From positions 124,001-158,397 of the forward strand of contig JACPAV010000011.1 of the NCBI GenBank assembly GCA_016180645.1: a stretch of DNA of 34,397 nt, in the 5' to 3' direction. This stretch comes from Nitrospirota bacterium. GTDB lineage: Bacteria > JACPQY01. The notes beneath the pieces are model-generated. The model was not told the origin of the DNA. It was given only the letters and a program-made list of their open reading frames with translations, and did no database searches. Below are positions 26,126 through 33,719 of the stretch, in pieces; the first letter of the stretch is position 1; each line of letters starts with the position of its first letter. Made by a program: the position numbers and the translations under genes.

Positions 26126-28393
26126 TTATGAGGCCCCGGCGCAGCCGTGGATGCGGAGGGCGCCGGATTGGAGGTCGAGGATGAAATGCGAGGCGCGGTC
26201 CCACTGTTCCATGACGGGCAGTTTGACCGTTTCGTCGATCACGCGTTTCAGGAAGCGCGCGCCATACTGGATGCTGTAGCCCTTCGCGGCGAGGGCGGCG
26301 GCGGCCTCCTCCGTGTAACTCAGGCTCTTGCCGAAGCCACGCAGGTGGGCGTCCAACGCCGCGAGATGACGCTCTACAATCTGCCGCACCTCGCCTTCTG
26401 ATAGCGGCGTGAAGACCACCACTTCATCGATCCGGTTGATGAACTCCGGTGAGAAGGCTTTTTCCAGCTCCGCCATGACATCCGATCGGATCGCCGCGAA
26501 CTCCTTCCCTTCCTGGAGGAAGCCCATGGGACGCGTGAGGCTCTTGAAGTGCTCGGCGCCCAGGTTCGACGTCATGATGATGGTCGAATCGCTGAAGTAG
26601 ACCTTCCGGCCGCGACCGTCCGTCATCCACCCCTCGTCGAAGACTTGCAGGAATAGATCGCGCACCCACCGATTGGCCTTTTCCATTTCGTCGAGCAGCA
26701 CAATCGTGAAGGGGTGGTCGCGGATGGCGCTCGTCAAGACCCCGCCGCGCTCGCTGCCCACAATCCCCCGTGGCATACCGATGAGCTTGTCCACACCAAG
26801 CGTCGAGTCCGAGAATTCCGACATGTCCATCCGCACCATCTTCCGATCATCGCCGAAGAGGAACTCGGCCAGCGCTTTCGCCATCTCCGTTTTCCCCACG
26901 CCGGTGGGCCCCAGAAAGAGGAGAACCCCGTCCGGTCGCGCGGCATCCAACTTCAGTGGACCCTTGTTCAGCCGCAGCCGCCGCACGACCGCATCCTTCG
27001 CCTCCCGCTGGCCCACGATGCGACGATCCAAAACCTCCGGAAGCGCGTCGAAGGGGGGGATGCCGTCCCGAGCGATCATCGCATATGGAATCTTCGCCTC
27101 CTCCGCCACCACCCGCGCCACGTCCTCCGCGCGCACGATTTTCTCCTGGCCGTGGAACTCCACTTTCACGCACGCCGTGTTGAGCCATCCGATCGCCTTG
27201 TCCGGCAGCCGGAGGTGGTGCATGTAGCGCCGGGAGAGATCCATCGCCGCATTCAGCGCGGCGTCGGACACATTGACGCCATAATATTCCTCGTAGCGTT
27301 TGCCGGCCTCGGCCAGGATGGTTCGCGCATGCTCCGGCGAAGGCTCCTCCACGTGGACGATGCGGAATCGTCGCGTGAGCGCCTCATCCTCCTGGATGTG
27401 CATTTTGTACTCGGCCAGCGTGGTCGCTCCAACGATCTGAACCTCTCCTCTCGCAAGGGCGGAGCGCAGGATGGTGGCCGCGTCCGACGTGACGCCGAGC
27501 GCCGTGCCCGCCCCGATCATCGTGTGCGCCTCATCGACAAACAGGATGATGTCTTTCCGCTCGCGCACCTCGCGGATGATTTTTTCCATCCGATCCTCGA
27601 ACATCCCGCGGAAGACCGTTCCCGCCACAAGCGTGTTCATCTGAAGGTTCACGATCTGGGCCTCGCGGAGCCGTTCGGGAATGGTCTGCGGTTCAAGCTC
27701 AAGCTTCCGTGCCATCCCCTCGGCCAGGGCGGTCTTGCCCACTCCCGCATCGCCCACGAGCATCACGGAGTTTTGCCTTTCCCGGTGGCAGAGAATTTCC
27801 ACCATTTGCCGGAGCTCGGCTTCGCGTCCCACGAGCGGGGGAATGCGACCCTGAAGGGCCAGTTGATTCAGATTGACGCCGTACATGGCCAGGTGGGGAG
27901 GCAGGTCGTGCTTCCTTCGGCGCAGCTCAGCCCCGGACCTTCGATCGCGATGCCTGGTTTTGAGCCACTCCTGGACTTCATCGGGGCTGACGCCGAAGGA
28001 CATCAGCATTCGGGCGGGGAGGGAATGCTCGTCCCGGAACATGGCAGCCAGGAGATCCGCTGAATGGATGAGATTCCGGCCCCTTTTCTGGGCCTCCTCC
28101 CAGGCGTGCTTGAAAACCATTTTCGTATCGCTGGGAATCCGCATTCCCACGCCGAGATACTGCTTGGCCGTGTGCATCTGGGCCCGCACGGCTTCGTCCA
28201 CCAGGTCCAGCGGGAGGCGGACGTCGTCGGCCATCTCCTTGAACAAATCGTGTTCGATTTCGAGAAGGGCGAGGAAGAGGTGCTCGATGCCGAGGAAGAA
28301 ATGCTGCCGCCGCTGGGATTCGTCGACCGCCCGCGTGAGAACGCGGAAGCAGCGTTCGGACATCTTGTTCTGGTATCGCGAGAGGTCGATCAC
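26126..28393 (-). CDS. ClpA/ClpC-family double AAA+ ATPase
   Basis: Two Clp_N repeats; GDAGVGKT/FVDEAH; GPTGVGKT/LLDEMEK; MTSNLG; PEFINRID; GARFL; MGF loop; no ClpB coiled coil. Confidence 0.92.
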   Translation of the reverse strand: MIDLSRYQNKMSERCFRVLTRAVDESQRRQHFFLGIEHLFLALLEIEHDLFKEMADDVRLPLDLVDEAVRAQMHTAKQYLGVGMRIPSDTKMVFKHAWEEAQKRGRNLIHSADLLAAMFRDEHSLPARMLMSFGVSPDEVQEWLKTRHRDRRSGAELRRRKHDLPPHLAMYGVNLNQLALQGRIPPLVGREAELRQMVEILCHRERQNSVMLVGDAGVGKTALAEGMARKLELEPQTIPERLREAQIVNLQMNTLVAGTVFRGMFEDRMEKIIREVRERKDIILFVDEAHTMIGAGTALGVTSDAATILRSALARGEVQIVGATTLAEYKMHIQEDEALTRRFRIVHVEEPSPEHARTILAEAGKRYEEYYGVNVSDAALNAAMDLSRRYMHHLRLPDKAIGWLNTACVKVEFHGQEKIVRAEDVARVVAEEAKIPYAMIARDGIPPFDALPEVLDRRIVGQREAKDAVVRRLRLNKGPLKLDAARPDGVLLFLGPTGVGKTEMAKALAEFLFGDDRKMVRMDMSEFSDSTLGVDKLIGMPRGIVGSERGGVLTSAIRDHPFTIVLLDEMEKANRWVRDLFLQVFDEGWMTDGRGRKVYFSDSTIIMTSNLGAEHFKSLTRPMGFLQEGKEFAAIRSDVMAELEKAFSPEFINRIDEVVVFTPLSEGEVRQIVERHLAALDAHLRGFGKSLSYTEEAAAALAAKGYSIQYGARFLKRVIDETVKLPVMEQWDRASHFILDLQSGALRIHGCAGAS

Positions 28394-28410
28394 CCGAACT
28401 CCTTCCGTTC

Positions 28411-28439
28411 AGAATACCAACGGAAGCGAAGAGCGTCAA
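28411..28439 (-). promoter_or_regulatory. sigma70 promoter of the clp gene
   Basis: TTGACG-N17-TATTCT, followed by GAAGGAG Shine-Dalgarno and GTG 28393. Confidence 0.6.
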
Positions 28440-28586
28440 TCGAACGGCCGCTTGGGACCTTTCAGGCTGCTTTTCCAAGGACCGCCGGCCCTCAGCGACC
28501 ATTTTGAATCGGGTTTGAATCCATGCACTTTCATAGGTTCCTCCGCTCTCACGTGAAGGTAAATGAAAAGAAGTGAAGGATCTTTC

Positions 28587-28615
28587 TTGACAGCTTGGCG
28601 CCACATCCGTATAAT
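28587..28615 (+). promoter_or_regulatory. Perfect-consensus sigma70 promoter
   Basis: TTGACA-N17-TATAAT. Confidence 0.85.
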
Positions 28616-28623
28616 TAACTACT

Positions 28624-28884
28624 GTGAAGAAGGACGAAGGGCAATCCGGGGCTCCGTCTGCCATGGTCCGCCGGGACCCCCCCGCTCCCCTGCGGGCGGA
28701 GATCATGACCGTGAAGCAGGTGGCCGATTACCTCCAGATGGAATCGCACACGGTCTACAAGATGGCGCGCCTGGGCGAAATCCCCTCGTTCAAGGTTTCC
28801 GGTCGCTGGAGATTCAAACGCGATTTGATTGACGAATGGTTCCGGGAGAAATCCCTGGGACGAGTCCGGAAAGAGGCCTCATAG
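28624..28884 (+). CDS. Excisionase-like HTH_17 DNA-binding protein
   Basis: IMTVKQVADYLQM..HTVYKMA..GEIPSFKVSGRWRF. Confidence 0.88.
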   Translation: MKKDEGQSGAPSAMVRRDPPAPLRAEIMTVKQVADYLQMESHTVYKMARLGEIPSFKVSGRWRFKRDLIDEWFREKSLGRVRKEAS

Positions 28885-28913
28885 GTCATTTCAGTCCCAA
28901 GGAGGGCTGCGGG

Positions 28914-30173
28914 ATGAAACGCACGGCATGGATGGCTGCAAGCGTGGCCCTGCTTTTTCTTTGGCTCGCCGAGGCACAGCCGATCGAAGTCTCCCCCCCC
29001 CCGCCACCCGGCGAGAAACTCTTCACTCTTTCCAGCCAGGATGCCGACCTCCGAATCATCCTTCAGGCTCTGGCCGATGAGATGGGCGTCAATTTGATTC
29101 TGGATCCGAAGGTGAAGGGTGTGGTCTCACTCAATCTCAAGGACGTACCCATTCAGGACATCCTCGAAGCGTTGTTGGGCGCCTATGACCTCGCCCGAAC
29201 GGTCGACGGCGCCATCATGCGGATCGCGCCCAAGGGCGAGGCCGCGCCGAAGCAACTGGTCACGGAGGTCATTCCCGTTATCTACTCCGATGCCAACCAG
29301 ATGCTCGCTCAGATCACTTCCCTGCTCTCCCCGGACGGACGCGCGAACGTGAACAGCCGCACGAATCACTTCCTTCTGACCGATACCCGCGAGAACGTGA
29401 ACCGCGTAAAAGAGATCCTCCGCCAGATCGACACGCGCGTCCCGCAAGTGGAAATCGAGGCCAAGCTCGTCGAGCTCTCCACCTCTTTCAGTCGAAACCT
29501 CGGGATCCGGTGGGGTTCGCAGATCCGGGCGGGAGGCGACGTGCTGACCGGCGTTGGCGGCGCCGCGGGTCCGGGGCTTGGGAACTTCCTCGTCGACATG
29601 CCGGGTGGGGGCCGGCAAGGCATCGGCTTCACGGTGGGTCAAATCAGCAGCCTCGCCACCCTGAATGCCCAGATCCTCGTCGCGGAGAGCGATGGACTGG
29701 CCAAGATCATCTCCCACCCCAAGATCACCACGCTCAACAAGGAGAACGCCACGATTACGAGCGGAGAGACCATCCGGCTGCGGACGGGCGGAGGCACGGG
29801 GAGCGGCGGGGTGTCCGCGCCTGTCACGCTCACAGAGATCACGTCCGGTATCACCCTGAACGTCCTCCCGCTGATTTCTCCCGGGGGATACGTGGAACTC
29901 AAAATCACGGCCACTCGAAGCACGCTGAGCGGGAAGGCCATCGACAACGTTCCCGGCCAGGCAAGCAAGTCGGCCAACACCAACGTCCTTCTCAAGAACG
30001 GCGAAACAACCGTCATTGCGGGCTTGTATGAAACGGTGGACACCCGTTCTTCCGAGCGCGTGCCCCTGCTCTCCCAGATCCCCATCATCGGCTGGTTGTT
30101 CAAGAACATGGTCAAGTCGCACGATCAGACGGAGCTCCTCATCTTCATCACCCCGCGCATTCTCACTTCCTGA
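28914..30173 (+). CDS. PilQ/GspD-family secretin
   Basis: Start ATG 28914 with signal peptide; N0/STN domain (DADLRIILQALA), N3 domain, PQVEIEAKLVE, VPLLSQIPIIGWLFK, ELLIFITPRI. Confidence 0.9.
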   Translation: MKRTAWMAASVALLFLWLAEAQPIEVSPPPPPGEKLFTLSSQDADLRIILQALADEMGVNLILDPKVKGVVSLNLKDVPIQDILEALLGAYDLARTVDGAIMRIAPKGEAAPKQLVTEVIPVIYSDANQMLAQITSLLSPDGRANVNSRTNHFLLTDTRENVNRVKEILRQIDTRVPQVEIEAKLVELSTSFSRNLGIRWGSQIRAGGDVLTGVGGAAGPGLGNFLVDMPGGGRQGIGFTVGQISSLATLNAQILVAESDGLAKIISHPKITTLNKENATITSGETIRLRTGGGTGSGGVSAPVTLTEITSGITLNVLPLISPGGYVELKITATRSTLSGKAIDNVPGQASKSANTNVLLKNGETTVIAGLYETVDTRSSERVPLLSQIPIIGWLFKNMVKSHDQTELLIFITPRILTS

Positions 30174-30193
30174 CCCCGCCCGGCCCCTGTCGC

Positions 30194-30221
30194 GTCTCCC
30201 ATCTCCTATCTCCCATTTGAC
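30194..30221. repeat. Degenerate 7-bp tandem repeat abutting a putative promoter
   Basis: GTCTCCC ATCTCCT ATCTCCC ATTTGAC; TTGACA-N16-GATAAT at 30217-30244. Confidence 0.5.
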
Positions 30222-30299
30222 ATTCGGCCCTCCTCCGGGATAATCCACCGGGGCACGGAGGGATCTGAACAACCCGATCACGATCGAGACATATTCACC

Positions 30300-30743
30300 A
30301 TGGCCAAGGCGCAGCAATCCATCATCGTCGATGTCTCCTCGAAGCACTTTTTCGAGGTGATAGTGGATTATGGCCGTTATCCGGAGTTTCTGCCGGAGGT
30401 CAAGAAGATCGACATCCTCGAACGGAAGAAGAATCACGCGATCGTGGGATTCGAAATCGACGTGCTCCGTCGGATCCACTACTCCATCTCACTCATTGAG
30501 AAGCCCTACAAATCCGTCGAGTGGAAACTTCACGAAAGCCCGTTTTTCAAGGAGAACAACGGCGGCTGGTATCTCACGCCCATGGGCAGGAGCAAGACCG
30601 AAGTCACCTACATGGCGGAGCTGGCCCTCCCGCTCCTGATCCCGAAGTCCATCACCAATATGCTTCTCCAAGTGCGCCTGCCGAAGATGCTCGAACTCTT
30701 CAAGGGCCGTGCCCAATCGATCACGAACAAGACCGTTGCCTAG
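30300..30743 (+). CDS. SRPBCC/START-fold (cyclase/RatA-like) protein
   Basis: FEVIVDYGRYPEFLPEVK...FKENNGGWYL...TEVTY. Confidence 0.85.
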   Translation: MAKAQQSIIVDVSSKHFFEVIVDYGRYPEFLPEVKKIDILERKKNHAIVGFEIDVLRRIHYSISLIEKPYKSVEWKLHESPFFKENNGGWYLTPMGRSKTEVTYMAELALPLLIPKSITNMLLQVRLPKMLELFKGRAQSITNKTVA

Positions 30744-31455
30744 GCCCCGACAGCGCCCTTCGCGACGCGACACATCGATCATCCTGCTCGCCGCGGGCGA
30801 GGGCCGACGGCTGGCGCATGGCGTGCCCAAAGGGTGGGTCTCCCTGGCCGGGCGCCCGCTTCTCGTCCGTGCCATCGAATCTTTTTCGTCTCTCCCCGAA
30901 GCCCTGGAAATCGTCGCCGTCGTCCATCCCTCGATCTATCGCCGCGCCCGGGCGTGGATGGTCGGCCATCGCGCGAGGGTGCCCGTAAAGTTTGTGCTCG
31001 GTGGCCGCACCCGGCAGGAATCGGTCCGCCGCGGACTGGAGGCCGCGGCCCGGCAGGCGCAGCTCATCATCACGCACGATGTGGCCCGGCCGCTCATCCG
31101 CGCCCGAATTACTCGGGAAGCCGTTCAGACCGCGCGGCGCTCAAAGGCCGCCGTCGTAGCCGCCCGAGCCACCGACACGCTCGTGCTGGCTCGGAGTTCC
31201 CGCCTCCAACGCGTCTTGGATCGAAAGGAGATCGCGGCCACCCAGACGCCGCAGGTGTTCGACGCGGCGCTCCTCAGATTGGCCCATGAGGCCGCCCGCC
31301 GAGACCGCTTTCTTGGCTCGGATGAGGCATCGCTCGTCGCCCGCATCGGCCACCAAGTTTCGCTCGTGTGGAACGACTCCCCCAATCTGAAAATCACCCA
31401 CCCGCATGACCTCGTCGTCGCCGAAACCCTCCTGAAGCCAAGAGCTGACCGCTGA
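30736..31455 (+). CDS. ispD: 2-C-methyl-D-erythritol 4-phosphate cytidylyltransferase
   Basis: ILLAAGEGRR, GGRTRQESV, HDVARP, QTPQVF, SDEASL, NLKITHPHDL; start uncertain (30709 or 30736). Confidence 0.92.
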   Translation: MPRPRQRPSRRDTSIILLAAGEGRRLAHGVPKGWVSLAGRPLLVRAIESFSSLPEALEIVAVVHPSIYRRARAWMVGHRARVPVKFVLGGRTRQESVRRGLEAAARQAQLIITHDVARPLIRARITREAVQTARRSKAAVVAARATDTLVLARSSRLQRVLDRKEIAATQTPQVFDAALLRLAHEAARRDRFLGSDEASLVARIGHQVSLVWNDSPNLKITHPHDLVVAETLLKPRADR

Positions 31456-31946
31456 TGGCTGGAAGCTTCCGAATCGGCTTCGGCTACGACATCCACCCGC
31501 TGGTGGAAGGCCGACCTCTCATTCTCGGCGGGGTTCGGATTCGATCTAAACTGGGGCTGGACGGCCATTCGGATGCCGACGTCCTCTGCCATGCCGTCGG
31601 AGAAGCCCTCCTCGGCGCGGCCGGACTCGGGGATCTCGGCCGGCACTTCCCACCCTCCAATCCCAGGTACAAGAACATCTCCAGCCTCACCCTTCTGAAG
31701 GAAATTCGCAGCAAGCTCCAACGGCGCGGTTGGATGATTCAGCAGGTGGATTCCACCGTTGTGCTGCAACTGCCTCGTCTCGCCACCCGGCTGAACGCCA
31801 TGCGATCGACACTGGCTCGAACGCTCGCCATGAAACGGACGGATATCAACGTCAAGGCCAAGAGCCCCGAATGGCTCGGCCCCGAAGGCGAACTCCGCGC
31901 CTCCTCCGCCTTTGCGGTTGCCCTCCTCAAGTGCCCCCCCGCCTGA
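31455..31946 (+). CDS. ispF: 2-C-methyl-D-erythritol 2,4-cyclodiphosphate synthase
   Basis: RIGFGYDIH, GHSDADVLCHA, GDLGRHFP, INVKAK. Confidence 0.95.
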   Translation: MAGSFRIGFGYDIHPLVEGRPLILGGVRIRSKLGLDGHSDADVLCHAVGEALLGAAGLGDLGRHFPPSNPRYKNISSLTLLKEIRSKLQRRGWMIQQVDSTVVLQLPRLATRLNAMRSTLARTLAMKRTDINVKAKSPEWLGPEGELRASSAFAVALLKCPPA

Positions 31947-31967
31947 CCCTTCGCCAAGGGGCGAGCA

Positions 31968-32004
31968 TTGACTCAGGCTCCGGCCTAGACTAGACTAGAC
32001 CTAG
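31968..32004 (+). promoter_or_regulatory. TA operon promoter with overlapping TAGAC/CTAG operator-like repeats
   Basis: TTGACT-N17-TAGACT; CTAGACTAGACTAGACCTAG covers the -10; AGGAGG Shine-Dalgarno downstream. Confidence 0.7.
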
Positions 32005-32023
32005 TTTAATTCAGGAGGCAACC

Positions 32024-32263
32024 ATGCGTATGGTCAACATTCATGAAGCCAAGACACATCTATCGAGACTGCTTGAAAAGGTGAGCGCCGGCACGGAAGT
32101 GGTCATCGCCAAGGCGGGGAAGCCGCTGGCTCGCCTCGTTCCGATCGAACGGACAAGGAAACGCCGTCGATTGGGAATCCTGGCCGGCCGTTTCACGGTC
32201 CCCGATGACTTCGACACTCCTTTGCCCGACGACATACTCAAGGGTTTCGAAGAGGGCGATTGA
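32024..32263 (+). CDS. Phd/YefM-family antitoxin
   Basis: VNIHEAKTHLSRLLEKV..G.EVVIAKAGKPLARLVP. Confidence 0.93.
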   Translation: MRMVNIHEAKTHLSRLLEKVSAGTEVVIAKAGKPLARLVPIERTRKRRRLGILAGRFTVPDDFDTPLPDDILKGFEEGD

Positions 32264-32652
32264 TGCGTCTCCTTGTCGACACGCACGTGCTCCTGTGGGC
32301 CGTGGCGGAGCCCGGCAGGATCCCGAAATCACACCGCGACCATATCGAATCGCCTGACAGCGAGGTGCTGTTCTCGGCCGCCAGCATCTGGGAACTGGCG
32401 ATCAAACTCCAAGTGGGCCGGATTCAATTGCCTGTGGATCTGGAGGAGATCACCGCAGCCGCCGTCCGCATGGGCTTCAGCGAGCTTCCCGTGACCTCGG
32501 CGCATTCAGCGGAGATCAGACGACTCCCGCTCCACCATCGCGACCCCTTCGATCGCCTCCTCTTGGCTCAGAGCCTGCACGAGCCCGCTCGCTTCTTGAC
32601 CGCAGACCGGGCGCTTGCGGCGTATTCGAACCTCGTGGATGTCATCACATAA
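32263..32652 (+). CDS. vapC: PIN-domain VapC-family toxin
   Basis: LLVDTHVLLW, SAASIWE, HRDPFDRLL, LTAD; translationally coupled to the antitoxin (TGATG). Confidence 0.92.
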   Translation: MRLLVDTHVLLWAVAEPGRIPKSHRDHIESPDSEVLFSAASIWELAIKLQVGRIQLPVDLEEITAAAVRMGFSELPVTSAHSAEIRRLPLHHRDPFDRLLLAQSLHEPARFLTADRALAAYSNLVDVIT

Positions 32653-32735
32653 CCGCTCGATCGAAGGAATCCCTGTCTATTCTACGTTCGTTCCACCCTG
32701 ACTGACGGGCACAGGGTCTGAAGAAGCGGCCCGCC

Positions 32736-33719
32736 CTATCTTCGCGGGGATTTCTTCCTGTCTTGAGGAGGGACGGTGGGAGGGCCTTGGGGTTGAGTCG
32801 TGGGTAGAGAGGCAGGACCTTTGCCCGGATCTTCGAGGATGCGGATTTTGTCGTCGCCCCAATACATCGTCTGACCGGCTTCGGCGGAGACGAAGACTTT
32901 CATGAGGCCGTCCAGTTCCCAGCCGCGGATGCCCTTGAGGAGGTCGATCACGAGCGAGCGGGGGATCTTCACCGCCCATCGCCCACCGCCCTCCGCCTGC
33001 CACTCCACCCTGTCGGCCACAACGGTCCCCTGGAATTTCGTCGTCGTCGCGAGCAGGCCGGCATTCTGCGGCGCGGAGAGATAGGCCGTAATCCACTTGC
33101 CCTCCGACTTGAAGTTCAGCGTATCCGGATCGACGTCCAGCCCCACCTTCACCGGCTCTTTCTCGGTGGTCTGGATGATCAGCGTGTTCGACCACACCTC
33201 TCCGATCCAGACCTTCGCGCGATCGTCGACAGTCTTAAAAGGATTCTCTTTGTTCCCATGCGGCCAGCGAAGTCGATAGGTGTCCGGAGGCACTCTAAGT
33301 AGCCCTACCTCCATGCAATGTTCGGTGTTGCGGCACGGAACGTTATGCGTTTGAGGCCCCACGTAGAAATCGCCTTCCCTGATGACCTCAGTCTGCACTC
33401 GCGAATCTCCCGGCTTCAGGAGCGTGAAGTCTGAGGTTTTTCTATACCGAACTTGTCCGAAGAAATACGGCTCAATTCGCTTGCCTTGCGAGTCGGTAAT
33501 CTGGAACGGTCCTACCGCCATACGAAATAGATCGCCAATATTGGGCCTTGGGACAAGCAGATCTATTGTATCGTGGTTGCTCGTCACGAAATCAACTTCC
33601 CAGGGTTTGCCTTCCGGCCGGACCGGGGACGGCGTACCCAGCGCGGCGATCACTGGCCCATCAATCGCGTGGGCAGATCCACAGAACCACAACAACCCGA
33701 GAAGAACTAGAATTCGCAT
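32736..33719 (-). CDS. Secreted two-domain hypothetical protein
   Basis: Start ATG 33719 (MRILVLLGLLWFCGSAHA signal peptide) overlaps the upstream gene end; beta-sandwich-like domain (DFTLLKPGDS...YRL...WSN), then PDTLNFKSEGKWITAYL domain. Confidence 0.7.
   Translation of the reverse strand: MRILVLLGLLWFCGSAHAIDGPVIAALGTPSPVRPEGKPWEVDFVTSNHDTIDLLVPRPNIGDLFRMAVGPFQITDSQGKRIEPYFFGQVRYRKTSDFTLLKPGDSRVQTEVIREGDFYVGPQTHNVPCRNTEHCMEVGLLRVPPDTYRLRWPHGNKENPFKTVDDRAKVWIGEVWSNTLIIQTTEKEPVKVGLDVDPDTLNFKSEGKWITAYLSAPQNAGLLATTTKFQGTVVADRVEWQAEGGGRWAVKIPRSLVIDLLKGIRGWELDGLMKVFVSAEAGQTMYWGDDKIRILEDPGKGPASLPTTQPQGPPTVPPQDRKKSPRR

Noticed and set aside
7478-28884. Prophage or integrative element at tRNA-Sec using the excisionase-like HTH
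   Set aside because: No integrase, no duplicated tRNA 3' end found by eye, and flanking genes are ordinary chromosomal genes.
15951-30479. Long antisense ORFs (e.g. 15951-17303+, 26714-28063+, 29127-30479-; also 792-1922+ and 7649-8929+)
   Set aside because: Shadow frames typical of high-GC coding DNA; no motifs, and they lie opposite clearly identified genes.
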